Assembly (NCBI GenBank): GCA_951406725.2
Contig: OX597839.1
Location: 2,108,001-2,172,000, forward strand
Origin: Octopus vulgaris
Taxonomy: Eukaryota
Length of the DNA stretch: 64,000 bases
Direction of reading: 5' to 3'
A program made the translations under genes and the position numbers. This document shows positions 38,215 to 52,334 of the stretch, one piece after another (the first letter of the stretch is position 1; each line of letters starts with the position of its first letter). Below the pieces are notes generated by a model. The model made no database searches and was not told where the DNA came from. It was given only the letters and a program-made list of their open reading frames with translations.

Positions 38215-38733
38215 TGCAAGATATTTTCTTTTCGAATAGATCTTGTATTTTTTCTTTATTTTACATACGATAATACGGACAAGCAAGCGTAAATATGTTA
38301 TACATACACACATACATACATACATACATATACATATATACGCACACGCAGTAAAAGATACACAAGCATGCGTGCGCGCGTATATATATATATAACAATG
38401 AATAGAAATGGATTTTCTGATAATTTTCCCACCTGAATAATTAGATGGTTATAAGTTAAACATTTCTATGCATTTTTAGAATACATAATGCTATATCAAG
38501 GACTTTCCATTTCTTATTCTACTGTACATACAAACGCACATATACATTCTCACAATATTTATGCAAACACATACATACATACATACATACATACATACAT
38601 ACATACATACATACATACATACATACATACATACATACATACACATGCATACATAAATACATACACACGTATATTGTATATATATGATATATATATATAC
38701 ACACACACACATATATATGCGTACATATATGTT

Positions 38734-38799
<66 letters not shown>

Positions 38800-38930
38800 T
38801 ATATGTATATCTATGTATGTATGTATATATATAGTTAATCCAAGCATGAAAACACAAAGGAAAAACAACGCAAGGACGTGGAACAAGTACAGTGTTATTG
38901 GACGCTCAGGAAAGGAAAGAAAGAAGGTGG

Positions 38931-38965
38931 ATTTAACGTTTCGAGCGGAGCTCTTCGTCAGAAAC
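38931..38965 (-). ncRNA. Minimal type I hammerhead-like motif with intact core, in element family H2 (~38833-39000)
   Basis: GUUU-CUGACGA-A-GAGC(UCC)GCUC-GAA-ACGU-U-AAAU; palindromic ACGU replaces stem III. Confidence 0.65.
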
Positions 38966-39493
38966 ATAGGAAAAGGAAAGATCCAAGGAAGGGACCCCTT
39001 TCACCTTTTTTGTATATTTTTTCAAGTCTTTCCGATGCGGAAATACTAGATTATTGCCTGATGACTTATATATATACAATTATGTGCTTTGACTACAATA
39101 TTAGAACATTTTAGCTCCTATTTTTAGCAATGTAGCTGTTTCTAACACCTTAGTCATATTTAACGACAATTATACTTTTCGTTATGTGTGTGTGTGTTTA
39201 TATATTATCCGAAATGTACAGTATTATATATCCATCATGGTTGATTTTACCAATCGGTTTTGCGCTAGGAATACAATGGAGTGTTAGGTAACAATCTGAT
39301 TATATAACCTTACGGTCATCAGAGTTAGCCGACATGGAAGGGAATATGGCGACTGTTCTCTATTAAAATAAAGAACGTCTATTCAGCCGTGCCAAATCGC
39401 CAGCGTCTAAACAGCTACGACCAATAGTTCCATTCCTCTATAAGTACTCATGTCCGTATATTACCTACCCCAGTCGCATTCATCAACAATTTA

Positions 39494-39716
39494 CCTATTT
39501 CTTTACTACCCACAAGGGGCTACACACAAAGGGGACAAACAAACGGATTAAGTCGATTATATTGACCCCAGTGCGTAACTGGTACTTATTTAATCGACCC
39601 TGAAAGGATGATGGGCAAAGTCGACCTCGGCGGAATTTGAACTCGGAACGTAGCGGCAGACGAAATACCGCTAAGCATTTCGCCCGGCGTGCTAACGTCT
39701 CTGCCAGCTCGCCGCC
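39494..39716 (-). mobile_element. Full-length SINE family B with TSD
   Basis: CAACAATTTACCTATT at 39484-39499 and 39723-39738, overlapping the SINE 3' end. Confidence 0.9.
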
Positions 39717-39859
39717 TTTCACCAACAATTTACCTATTCTAGTAATGTTAGGGAACAACTTATCACAGGATTTCTTTAATAGAGATTCTATGACAAGATA
39801 TAAGCGATAACGAAAGGCAACGCACTTCTTAACAAAGAAACGTACAGAAACAAATTAAA

Positions 39860-40178
39860 GACTCCGCCGGTTACGACGACGAGGGTCCCAGCTGATACGA
39901 TCAACGGAACAGCTTGCTCGTGAAATTAACGTGCAAATGGCTGAGCATTCCACAGACACGTGTACCCTTAACGTAGTTCTCGGGGATAATCAGTGTGACA
40001 CAGAGAGTGACAAGGCTGACCCTTTGAAATACAAGTACAACTCATTTTTGCCAGCTGAGTGGACTGGAGCAACGTGAAATAAAGTGTCTTGCTCAAGGAC
40101 ACAACGCGTCGCCGGGAATCGAACTCACAACCTTACGATCATGAGCCGAATGCCCTAACCACTAAGCCACGCGCCCTC
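39860..40178 (-). mobile_element. Full-length tRNA-derived CORE-like SINE, family C
   Basis: Head GGCGCGTGGCTTAGTGGTTAGGGC...GAGTTCGATTCCC (A and B boxes), then GTCCTTGAGCAAGACACTTT. Confidence 0.85.
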
Positions 40179-40593
40179 ACAACAGAAACAAATATAAGTA
40201 CGAAGATAGCATATACCATATACAAACATGAACATGTGCACATATACCAAATCAACCAATTCACTTCCATAGAATTTCTGCCATTGCGGCACCTGAGACT
40301 GTTTTATGAACCTTTTTCTCTCTTCTCGATTTTGGATTTTTGGATTCCGAACGTTCCGGCGTAGTACATCTATATGTACACACAAGTGCTTCAGGGCGTT
40401 TGGTAATTCTCGTGGTACTCATCGTTTTTCTAGTAGATGGGTACCGTTCCTTTTTGAAGGCTCGCACTTACCTTTGATAGGTTGAGTTTTTGTTTATTTT
40501 CTTTTTAAATTCTGGCGGGTGCACAACACCCTCTTCATTGAACCGGGCCGGCCGGTTTAGTCGCCGATCACACAATCATTAGCAGGTAATGTA

Positions 40594-40651
<58 letters not shown>

Positions 40652-40685
40652 TGTACGTATGTATGTATGTATGTATGTATGTATG

Positions 40686-40728
<43 letters not shown>

Positions 40729-40855
40729 GCATTTATATATATATATACATGAATCTCGGTTGATTCCCCAGAGGCGTTAAATTACGACTCAAATGTTGAC
40801 TACTATACACACACACACACATATATATACATACATAGATATATGTAGTTATGTG

Positions 40856-40895
<40 letters not shown>

Positions 40896-41627
40896 CGAAT
40901 ATATATATATACGAATATATATATATACGAATATATGTATATATATGTGTGTGTGTGTATATATACATTTATATATTTACAGGTATGTGTACATATATAA
41001 TGTAGTTTTTTTTAAATTAATATAATTTTCGTGCTATTGATAGTTGAATGACTGTGGAATTAACAAATTGATGATGTCATTGATTAGTTACATAGTTATG
41101 TCACAGACTGTTGAGATACCATATTTAGTCGAATAGTTATGTAACATTATTTGACAGATCATATATAGTTCTATATAGATGTCAGAAATAGTTTTAGTCA
41201 GTTGAGTCACTGATTGTTGAAATGTTTATGGATATTTATACATTATTGTGTAACGTTGATGTTATACAGAACAACAAAGACTTTACTTTCGAGGAGAAGA
41301 TTGTCTTGATAGAAATATACCAGCTGGATAATAACATATACAATCTATATCTCATATGAAAACAAGTATTGGAAGAACATTAAATAAAACAGGTAAAAAA
41401 ATTGCATCAAATGCAGGATTAACAGGCCAGATATTGTTCACCGAGATGTAAACGTAGGTTTTAAAACTAAATGCAGGTACAGGGAAAACGGACAAACCTG
41501 ATAGACAAACATAAGGTGTGTACCTTTTGTTGCTCGGATACTCATGCTGGTTTAATAATCTTTTGTGTCTTCCGTTTCAGAACCTATACTTTGTTTTTCT
41601 TTATTTAAGAATAAAACAAAAAAGGCA

Positions 41628-41697
<70 letters not shown>

Positions 41698-41722
41698 TTT
41701 ATCTGTGAATTTGCGCGTGTAA

Positions 41723-41811
41723 TCTAGGAATGCATACAATGAGCTTCTCTGCCCTAGGTGTATGGAAAACACCCGGCGAGAAACGGAAGAAAATTTGAAG
41801 AAGGAAAAAAC
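41723..41811 (+). mobile_element. Short LINE-like 3' end in (TAA)n (possibly R4/Dong-like)
   Basis: AATGCATACA.TGAG.TTCT.TGCCCTAGGT is shared with ~42801-42885; both are followed by TAA-rich tails. The clade assignment is inference only. Confidence 0.4.
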
Positions 41812-41879
41812 ATAATAATAATAATAATAATAATAACAATAATAATAATAATATGTGCTGTCGATATGTGTATCTTTGA

Positions 41880-42233
41880 TCACGAACAGGGGTAGTAGGG
41901 GAACATCATAGCCATGGGTTGAGAAGGATTATTTAGGGTTTGAATAATTCAGCCTTGGAAACATAGGTGTTTCGTCCATCACCCTTAAACAACTCTTATT
42001 CAGGGACCTTTTGAACGAGATGGGCTATTCCACCTGAAAAAAATTCTAAGTGGGTCCCCATCTGCAAGGTCATACGCTGTTTATCTTCATATGAGGTCAT
42101 CATGTCACGCACATATGGTTGTGATGCATGTACCTGGTGTGTACTTGTCAGACGGGAAGTCGTGATGGGTATATTGGGCTTTGTATAATTGTACCTCAGC
42201 GTCACTTTGATGGCGTATGCTACTCTCCCTCAC
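41880..42233 (-). mobile_element. Repeat family E, longer copy
   Basis: Homologous to 17822-17935. Confidence 0.6.
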
Positions 42234-42299
42234 TCAACAACAAGAACAACAACAGCAACAATAACAACAACAACAACAACAACAACAATGATATTAATA

Positions 42300-43157
42300 A
42301 TGACACAAGGCCAGCAATTTTAAGAGGATGATGAAGTCGATTGCATCGACCCCAGTGCCCAACGGGTACATGTTTTATTGACCCCGATAAGTTGAAAGGC
42401 AAAGTCGAACTCGCTGACATTTGAATTCAGAACGTAATCCGGAAGAAATGCATTTTTTCCGGCGTACTAACGGTTCTTCCAGGCTGTGGTGTTTGTTTCA
42501 AATTTTGTCTCAGGGCCAGCAGATAATGGAGGAGAGAGTTATCGATTACATCGACCACAATAATCAACTGCTACTTCTTTTATTGACCCCGAAAGGAGAA
42601 AGGGCAAGATGATCTCGGCAGGATCTGAACGAAATTTTCGTTCTGAGTTCAAATCTTGCTGAGGACAACTTTAGTTTTCATCCTTTTCGCGGTCGATAAA
42701 ATAAAGCACCGGTCTAGATTAGGGGCCGGTGTGATTGATTTACTTCCTCCCCAATATTTCAGGCCTTGTGACTATGTTAGAAGCAACAGCAACAGCAATG
42801 GCCTACCAATGCATACAGTGAGTTTCTTTGCCCTAGGTATTGGGAAGACACTCGGCAAGAAATGGAAACAAAATTCAAAGAAGATAATGATGATGATACC
42901 AATAATAACAATAACAACAACAATAACAATAATAATAATAACAACAACAATAATAATAATCCTTTCTATTATAGGCACAAAGCTTGGAATTTTATTGGGG
43001 AGGAGGCTAGTCGATTACATCGACCCCAATGATAGTTATTTTATCGACCACAAAGTCGACCTTGACAGAATTTGAACTCAGAAGGTATAGGCGGAAGAAA
43101 TGCTGTTAAGCACTCTTCCCGGTGCGGCAACGATTCTGCCAGCTCGCCGCTTTAATG

Positions 43158-43238
<81 letters not shown>

Positions 43239-43693
43239 GCAACATCAATAATAATGGTTTCAAATTTTGCCACAAGGGCAGCAATTTGGGGGGAGGGGAT
43301 GAGCCGATCACATCGACCCCAGTGTTCAACTGGTAATTATTTTATCGACCCCGAAAGTATGAAAGGTAAAGTCGACCTCAGCGGAATTGGAACTCAGAAT
43401 GTCGTGACGGACGAAATACCACTAAGCATTTCGTCCGCAGTGCCAGCTCACCGCCTTAATAATAATAATAATATAAATAATAATTATTATTATTTCAAAT
43501 TTTTGCCACAAGGGCAGCTTGGAGGAGGGGATTAAGTCGATTAAGTCGATAACTGGTACTTATTTGATCGCCCCCCGAAAGGATGAAAGGCAAAGTCGAC
43601 CGCGATGGAATTTGAACTTAGAACGTAGCGACAGACGAAATACCGCTAAGCATTTTGCCCGGCGTGCTAACGATTCTGCCAGCTAGCCGCCTT
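42300..43693 (-). mobile_element. Cluster of about six SINE B/B' copies, mostly minus strand, interspersed with (TAA)n
   Basis: Repeated AAAGTCGACC...GAATTTGAACTCAGAA...GCCAGCTCGCCGC blocks between TAA tracts. Confidence 0.8.
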
Positions 43694-43697
43694 AATG

Positions 43698-43767
<70 letters not shown>

Positions 43768-43988
43768 TAATGAATAAATAAATAAATAAAAACAATACAT
43801 AAAAATACAAATTAAAATATCAAAATGAATATAAAATATTGAAATTGACTTAAGAAAATAATTTACAAATGAATTTCAACCTTTTTTTATGCAAATTATG
43901 AATGAAAATGTAAAAATAAACATTTTAATACATATATACACATACATACATATATACAGACGTACAGACACAGGACACAGGCATATAT

Positions 43989-44365
43989 ACTCTTACTCTT
44001 TACTCTTACTTGTTTCAGTCAATTTGACTGCGGCCATGCTGGAGCACCGCCTTTAGTCGGGCAAATCGACCCCGGGACTTATTCTTTGTAAGCCCAGTAC
44101 TTATTCTATCGGTCTCTTTTTTTTTGCCGAACCGCTAAGTGACGGGGACATAAACACACCAGCATCGGTTGTCAAGTAATGCCTTGGGGGACAAACACAG
44201 ACACACAAACACACACACACATATATATATATACGACAGGCTTCTTTCAGTTTCCGTCTACCAAATCCACTCACAAGGCATTGGTCGGCCCAGGGCTATA
44301 TTGCCCATGCCACGCAGTGGACTGATATGTGGTTGGTTATACTTACCACACAGTCACTCCTGCGC

Positions 44366-44366
<1 letters not shown>
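43989..44366 (-). mobile_element. SINE family A with small deletions
   Basis: Reverse-complement homology. Confidence 0.85.
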
Positions 44367-44423
<57 letters not shown>

Positions 44424-44520
44424 TATACATATATTTCTACATATATAAATATATATACATATATATATACACACATATATACATACATACAAATATATAC
44501 ATACATACACATATATACAT

Positions 44521-44625
<105 letters not shown>

Positions 44626-44659
44626 TATATATGCATACATATAAATATATATATATCAT

Positions 44660-44956
<297 letters not shown>

Positions 44957-45542
44957 GATGACGTAAGTAATTGTTTCACTGAACAAAAGAAAATTATATC
45001 AGATCGATAGATCGACATCCATTGTAACATAGAACGTATATATGATCCAGTATCTGCAGCCAGCGTAATCCTGATAATATATATATTTGAATTGAATCAT
45101 TTGGGGTGCTCTTGGTTATATCAGCTAATATTTACACAGGAAACCAGTGGAAAAAAAACCACAGGAGAAAAAAAAACAAAAAAAAACAGAAAATATAAAA
45201 CAAAAACAAAACCGAAGAATGGTATTCTGAAATAAACGTGAAAATAATTGATTCAAATTGAATCAGTTGGTAGCACAATTAAAATGTGCAAGATATGCCA
45301 AAAGTTCAGTGTTTGACATGTATTTTGTTATTGTAGTTTTAACCATAAACGAGAAAAATAGAGTTCTGTTAATTAGAAAAGTCAAAAGAAAATTTTGTTT
45401 ATATAAATCAAATAAATGTTAGCTATACAAAAGATATGTATATATGTATATGTATGTGTATATGTATATATTTGTATACTCATGTGTGTGTGTGTATATA
45501 TGAATATGTGTATATATACGAATATATATATATATATTTGTG

Positions 45543-45583
<41 letters not shown>

Positions 45584-45618
45584 TCACAAACATATATGTA
45601 TATATAACGTATATACAT

Positions 45619-45650
<32 letters not shown>

Positions 45651-45721
45651 AGACCGGAGTAAACACATAAATGTGAAACATAAAAAAGAGTACTAAATAC
45701 ATGGTAGAGTAATATAATGTG

Positions 45722-45791
<70 letters not shown>

Positions 45792-46233
45792 TATAGCTCT
45801 ACTTTTTTCAGTCACTGAAGGAGGTGGGGCAGTGGGCTACAGCGCACCACTTTGTTGAGTTTTACTGATCAAAACGACCCTTATACTTACTTTTGAATGG
45901 GATGTTTATTCTATAAGCCTCATTTTGTCGAACCATTATGTTACAGAGGCATAGAGAAATGAATACTCGACATCAAATGATAGGAGATAAAGACAATCGT
46001 CAAGATATACATGCACGCACATACACATCAGGCCTCTGCTAAGTTCCGTCTGCCAAATTCACTCACAAAGTTGCAAAACAAACTTTTAAATACGGGGCTA
46101 CTCCAATTATGCTTTCATAATCTGAAGAGTCTTGGCGTGTTCTGTGCGTACGAAACTTTGTTGAGCAGAGCAGACCTGTTATTAAATACAACGCGAACTA
46201 AATGTATTGACTACAACTTTATTTCGTTCGTTG

Positions 46234-46313
<80 letters not shown>

Positions 46314-46330
46314 GTCTATCTGTCTCTCTG

Positions 46331-46386
<56 letters not shown>

Positions 46387-46604
46387 CCTATCTACCTATC
46401 TATCGATCGATCGATCGTTCTGTCTGTCTCTCTATTTATACATACGTATGTGTGTGTATATATATTAATAATACATATGCTGACGTGTATATATATATAT
46501 ATAATTTACATACATATGCGCACACACATATACATAAATAAATATGCACATACATACATCATACATACACTTATCATACATACATACATACATACATACA
46601 TACA

Positions 46605-46652
<48 letters not shown>

Positions 46653-47775
46653 AACATATACATACGCACACAAATGCACGAACGCACGCACACACACACA
46701 CACACACACACATGCCCGCACACACATATGCACACGTACACACGTACATATATACATACTTATGTAATTGATATTCTGCGTACTCATGTATTTCTGTAAT
46801 AAATAAGTAAGCAGGCAAAAACCCCAAACAATAACAATGTATAATTGTTCGTTTCCATGCATACCTAACGATGTGCGTGTGCATAGATAATGTAAGCATG
46901 AGTGAATAAGAGTATGTATGAATGTATAAACGTATATAGATATGTATGTGTATGTCTGTGTGTGTGTATGTGTGTGTGCATGTGTGTATGCCTCTATGTG
47001 TGTGTTGTAAAGCTGAATGCTGTGTCATGAATATTTTATTATTTATTTGTTGCCTATATATTGAATATTCATATCTGATAACTCTTAGTTTGACCTAAAG
47101 GGGCGCTGCTTTGGAAGAAGAAAATTATGTCGGCTTTAGTTAAGGAAGATTTTCCTTTCACTTTTTAAAAAGTATCTTGAGCGGGTCGTTATGTCAGTTA
47201 TATACAAATACACACGCACTGGTTGTAGTTCACTTCTTTATTCTAATAAGTTAATTAGTCGGCTATTGAATCAATTTACTAATCGATTGCTTGATTAAAT
47301 GTTCGATCAAACAGTCAGCTAGGTTTCATTTTCTCACTGTTTGTTTTTTGTCTTGCGCAATTACCTGTGGAGTTACTGAGATGTGGTTTCGATTCCTATG
47401 CCGGAATTCTTTTCTTCGCTCTCTCCAGCTGGCATGACTGACATGTCCCATTTGTAATGTCCAACTTAAAGAGAAAACACGCACACACACATACACGTTT
47501 ATATAATATATGAATATGTATAGTGTGTATACATGTACGCACAAAAATATAAGTACGGATATATATATATGTATGTATGTATATGTATGTATGCATGTAT
47601 GTATGTATGTATGTATGTATGTATGTATGTATGTATGTATGTATGTATGTATGTATGTATATCTGCATGTGTGTTTGTATAAACGCACAAACAATAACAT
47701 CATTATGTTTTTATGTTCAGTTATAATAAAGACATTTTTAGGTCACTCTTTACTTATGTAGATTAAACAAAAATA

Positions 47776-47826
47776 TTATTGACAATGACTTCGAAGTTTC
47801 GGCCACTTCGAAGTCACTGTCAATAA
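47776..47826. repeat. 22-bp inverted repeat
   Basis: 47776-47797 vs 47805-47826, 1 mismatch. Confidence 0.85.
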
Positions 47827-47867
47827 AAATCCTTGTGTACGAATAATGTGTATGTGTGTGTGTGTAT

Positions 47868-48130
47868 GAAGGCGCATGGCCAAGTGGTTAGGCTGTTGCT
47901 AGATCGTGGGTTCGATTACATGATTAGGCGGCAAAACACATTCATTTCTTGAGCAAAACATTTCATTTCACGTTGCTCCAGTCTCCTTTCCATCAGGGTG
48001 TGTGTGGGGGGTCTGCTCGCCTAGCCAGCGGGAAGCATCATTTGAAGGGTAAAAGAGTGCAAAAGTGCATTGTGACTAGCGATGTGTAACAACATCTGAT
48101 AGCCTGATCAGTCACGTGATCGCGTGATAT
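47868..48130 (+). mobile_element. SINE family C-related copy
   Basis: GGCGCATGGCCAAGTGGTTAGG head; CATTTCACGTTGCTCCAGTC core. Confidence 0.55.
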
Positions 48131-48361
48131 ATAAAATTAAGCTATAATAACAGAAACGACACTTGTTTATTGATCAGACACACAGTGACTAAACTCGGAA
48201 ACAGCCTTCTACTGTTTCACTTTATAAATATTCATTGTCAAAAGAGGAATCTTTTTCATTGGCACAAAACCACGGATATTTTAAGGTGAAGGGAAGCATA
48301 GAGGATTTTGTAGCGTTGTCCATTGCATGGTTTGTATCTAATATGTTTTGCTTTCAGCTCT

Positions 48362-48722
48362 AAGCACAAGGCCCGAAATACTCGGGGAGGGGGCCAGTCG
48401 ATTAGATCGACTCCAGTACGCAACTGGTACTTAATTTATCGACCCCGAAAAAGGATGAACGGCAAATTCGACCTCGGTGGAATTTGAACTCAGAACGTAG
48501 CGACAGACAAAATACCTATTTCTTTACTGCCCACAAGGGGCTACACACAGGGAGGTCAAACAAGGACAGACAAACGGATTAAGTCGATTATATCGGCCCC
48601 AGTGCGTAACTGGTACTTATTTAATCGACCCCGAAAGGATGAAAGGCAAAGTCGACCTCGGCAGAATTTGAACTCAGATCGTAAAGATGACCGAAATGCC
48701 TCTGAGCATTTCGCTCAGCATG
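48362..48722 (-). mobile_element. SINE family B composite (body-tail1-body-tail2)
   Basis: Same internal junction AAAGAAATAGG|TAT.T.GTCTG as at ~16290. Confidence 0.8.
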
Positions 48723-50209
48723 TTTTTTCATCACACACTTATTGAAACATATTTTAAAGTGTTTTTGTTGGAGGAAATGTATAATTCTGTGCATGTAAAT
48801 ACAATTTTGTGACAGTATACCAACAGCATATAATATATAGTATATTTCATACTTTATTCCAGAATACTGGAAACCATAAAGTTATCAAATATAAACTGCG
48901 TCATAGGAGTGTTGTATTTCAACTTTATCTCCTTTCAAATCAACTGTATAGTTTTTTTATATTTTGGTCGAGTGTATTGCCATACATGATGTAAAACTCG
49001 TACTTTTGGCTGTGAGCTTTTATCGAACTGCGATTGGCGTCATGGTGGTGTACCATCGCTATGATTTTGTTGTCAACTACTCATTGCAAACAGCTGACAG
49101 GAGAATGAAAATTAAACATTCCTCTCATCTTTCTAAGAGAATTTTTCACTTTGATAATAAACAAATGTTTCTTAAAGGTGAAACAGTCATTAAATAATGT
49201 AAGACACGTGTTAGGGGTGGGTTATATATATTGGGAAAGGAGATAAAATGGGATGTGACATTTCATAACTACTGACGTGGCGTAAGCAAGTTTTGGTGAG
49301 TTTGTGCTAACAGACCTTGATATTTTGACCTGTTTTCAATATTTTATCATCAGTAACAATAATTGTACCTCGTGAATTTAAGCTCATCTAGCTCCTTGGT
49401 TTATGGTGCTTGGTCTCCCATCCTTCATACGGTGCATTAGACGCAGGGCAATATTTTGATGCGTTTAAAAATGAAAGATAAAAGCACGTCTTATATGTCG
49501 GCAAATACGCTAAATACCTGAAGATATTTTGTCCTTACATGCTCGAGAATCTATACCTCGGCTGCTATCTTGAATAATAGTAATAACTGTTTCCATATTT
49601 GGCGCAAGGCCAGCGATTTTACGTAGAAGAAGCAATCAATTACATCGACCCATGTACGCAACTGGTACTCGATAACGATTATATCAGCTCAGTAGTTTCT
49701 TTGTAATACAGGCACAAGGCCTGAAATTTGTAGGAGAGGTTTGGTTGGTTTCATCGAACCAGTACAAGACTGGCGTTTTATTTGATCGACTCTGAGAAAA
49801 TGAAAAGTGAATTTGACCTCGGTCGGATTTGAACTCAGAACATATAATGCTGAAAAAGAACTGCTGGTAAGCATTTTGTCCAACTCGCTAACAATTCTGC
49901 CAGCTCACCGCCTTCTTTCTAGCACAAACACAAAGCTTGACATTATGGAAATGGAATGATACGATTACATCGGACGCAGTACACAGCTGGTACACTAAAC
50001 GACCCTGAAAGGACGAAAGGCAAAGTCGACCTTTGTGGAAGCTGAACTCAAAATGCGAAGATCATGAACAAATACCACAAAACCTTTTTTCCCCGAAGCT
50101 CTAAAGATTCTAGCAACTCGCCACCCTTAAATCATTTCTGATATCGGAACAAAGTCAATAATTTTGAAGCAAGGGACTTAGTCGGCAGCATTGATCCTAA
50201 TATTTAGAC

Positions 50210-50286
<77 letters not shown>

Positions 50287-51127
50287 TGTGTGTGTGAGTG
50301 TGTGTGTGAGTGTGTTTCTATTATTGACACCATATACGAGAAAAGAACAGAGTGGCGTGAGGGAACTGGGTTGGGATTGAAACCGAAACAGCGGCTATTA
50401 AATTAATATAAATTAATGGCACATTGTTTTGCTTTATGTACAAGGAATGGCTAGAAGTGTATGCATGGATATATGTGTGTGTGTTGGAGTTTGTCAGTGT
50501 ACGTATATGAGTGTGCATATGTGGTTATGTACGAGATTCATTAAATTGCATATATTTCAAGTATAACATGGTTTTGACATAATTTAGAAACACATGAAAA
50601 ACAAATTCTGACTGCATACACACATACACACATACATACATACATATATACATAATACATACATACACACACACATAAAACGAAAGCACACATGCACAAT
50701 ACATATGTATATGTACGTATACATATGTATGTATTGTTGTATGTATGTATGTATGTATGTATGTATGTATGTATGTATGTATGTATGTATGGGAAGTAAC
50801 TTTTCTTTTCCTCCCGGAAAATGTTATAGCTTTTCATCATTATTCTTTTGTCCCATTTTTCCCCCCAGCATAAAAGAGGCTATGAGGCCATGGCCAGTGT
50901 GTCTGAAGAGGCGTTAATATTGTCAAGTGCAATAGTCGGTACGAAACCGCCGGTAACATGCTTTCCAGTTGTATGCTATAACCAAGAAGATATTGCTCGA
51001 CTATATGAATAAATATATAAATATACAAACATACACACAAACATGTACATACATACATACACACACACATCCATCCATCCATCCATACGTACATCATATA
51101 TACATATACATATATACATGCATATAC

Positions 51128-51158
<31 letters not shown>

Positions 51159-51485
51159 TACCTATATATTCACATATGCATATATATCTATATACATATA
51201 TTTGTGTGTGTGTGTGTGTGTGTTGTGTATACATCTCTGTTTTACAAGTAAAGATAGTGTAAAAATAAGAGAATATAAAAACAAATTTTTGTGAGAAAAA
51301 TCTTCAAAAACAAAACAAAAATGTGTAAATTAAAGAAAATAAAAAAACTGCATTTCTTTGGAGGAAGTACAATTCCCCCTGGATAACGAACAGAGTCACA
51401 TCAACTGTAACTCACCATTTGTAACACCTAGCTTTTCATATTTTTGCTTGTGATAGTTTTGCTTGATCTTGTTCTGGTAGACTGA

Positions 51486-51525
<40 letters not shown>

Positions 51526-51747
51526 TGTAAATGTCGAACGAATGACAGAGGAATGCTCAATATGTTTTGTGAAAGATACACTTATTTTATTGAAATTCAT
51601 GCTGAGAATTTGTCTCGCGGCTTCAGTTTCACGTCACAGCGTAAAGATCTTTCACCTGAGGATCGCAATGAACTGAAACCCAAGCCACATGATGAGCTCC
51701 CAGCTACGGTTTCAGTAAAAAAAAAACTCCCCCTATATATATACGTA

Positions 51748-51783
<36 letters not shown>

Positions 51784-52334
51784 AGTTTAATGAATACATA
51801 CAAGCATACATACATGCATGCTCACACACATACACGCACGCGCCTGCATAAACATTCTACTGTTCTCCTAAGTGAACAGAAATATAACTGGTAATTCTTT
51901 GTTTAGTTGAGAGAACGATAGGACATTTGCGTGTTGTCTTCGTCGACAGAGGTAAGACTTTGAAATGAATAAATGTAGATTTATCTTCCTTATAGATGGT
52001 TCAGCTTTCCTTATTTACGCTGTGTTCTATATAAACGTATACTGTAATTATATGTGCAAATGAATGTGTGCGCGTGTTTGTGCATATTCTTGTACATGTA
52101 TTTATACACGTGTGCATATATGCACGTATAGTATACGTGTCTGTATGCGTGTGTATATTTTTATATGTATAAGTTTTGGTAACCAGGATTATAAATCCGT
52201 ACCTAAATGTTTCGTACAACCGAACCAGCCTGGTTTGGCCAACGATCCTCATCAACCCATTGACGAGTACAGTTGGCGAAACAAAGCTGTGGTAGTGGTA
52301 CAGGGAGGTATGGATTTCATGGGTAAGGTGAGTT

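Noticed and set aside
39244-39326. Minus-strand CUGAUGA...AAAACCGAUUGGUA hammerhead relic (similar case near 37255-37318)
   Set aside because: GAAA is mutated and stem I does not pair; too decayed to call from a single copy.
40465-40590. Strong minus-strand AAG|GTAAGT donor with CpG-rich upstream sequence
   Set aside because: No acceptor or start codon gives a credible open frame, and I recognise no homology.
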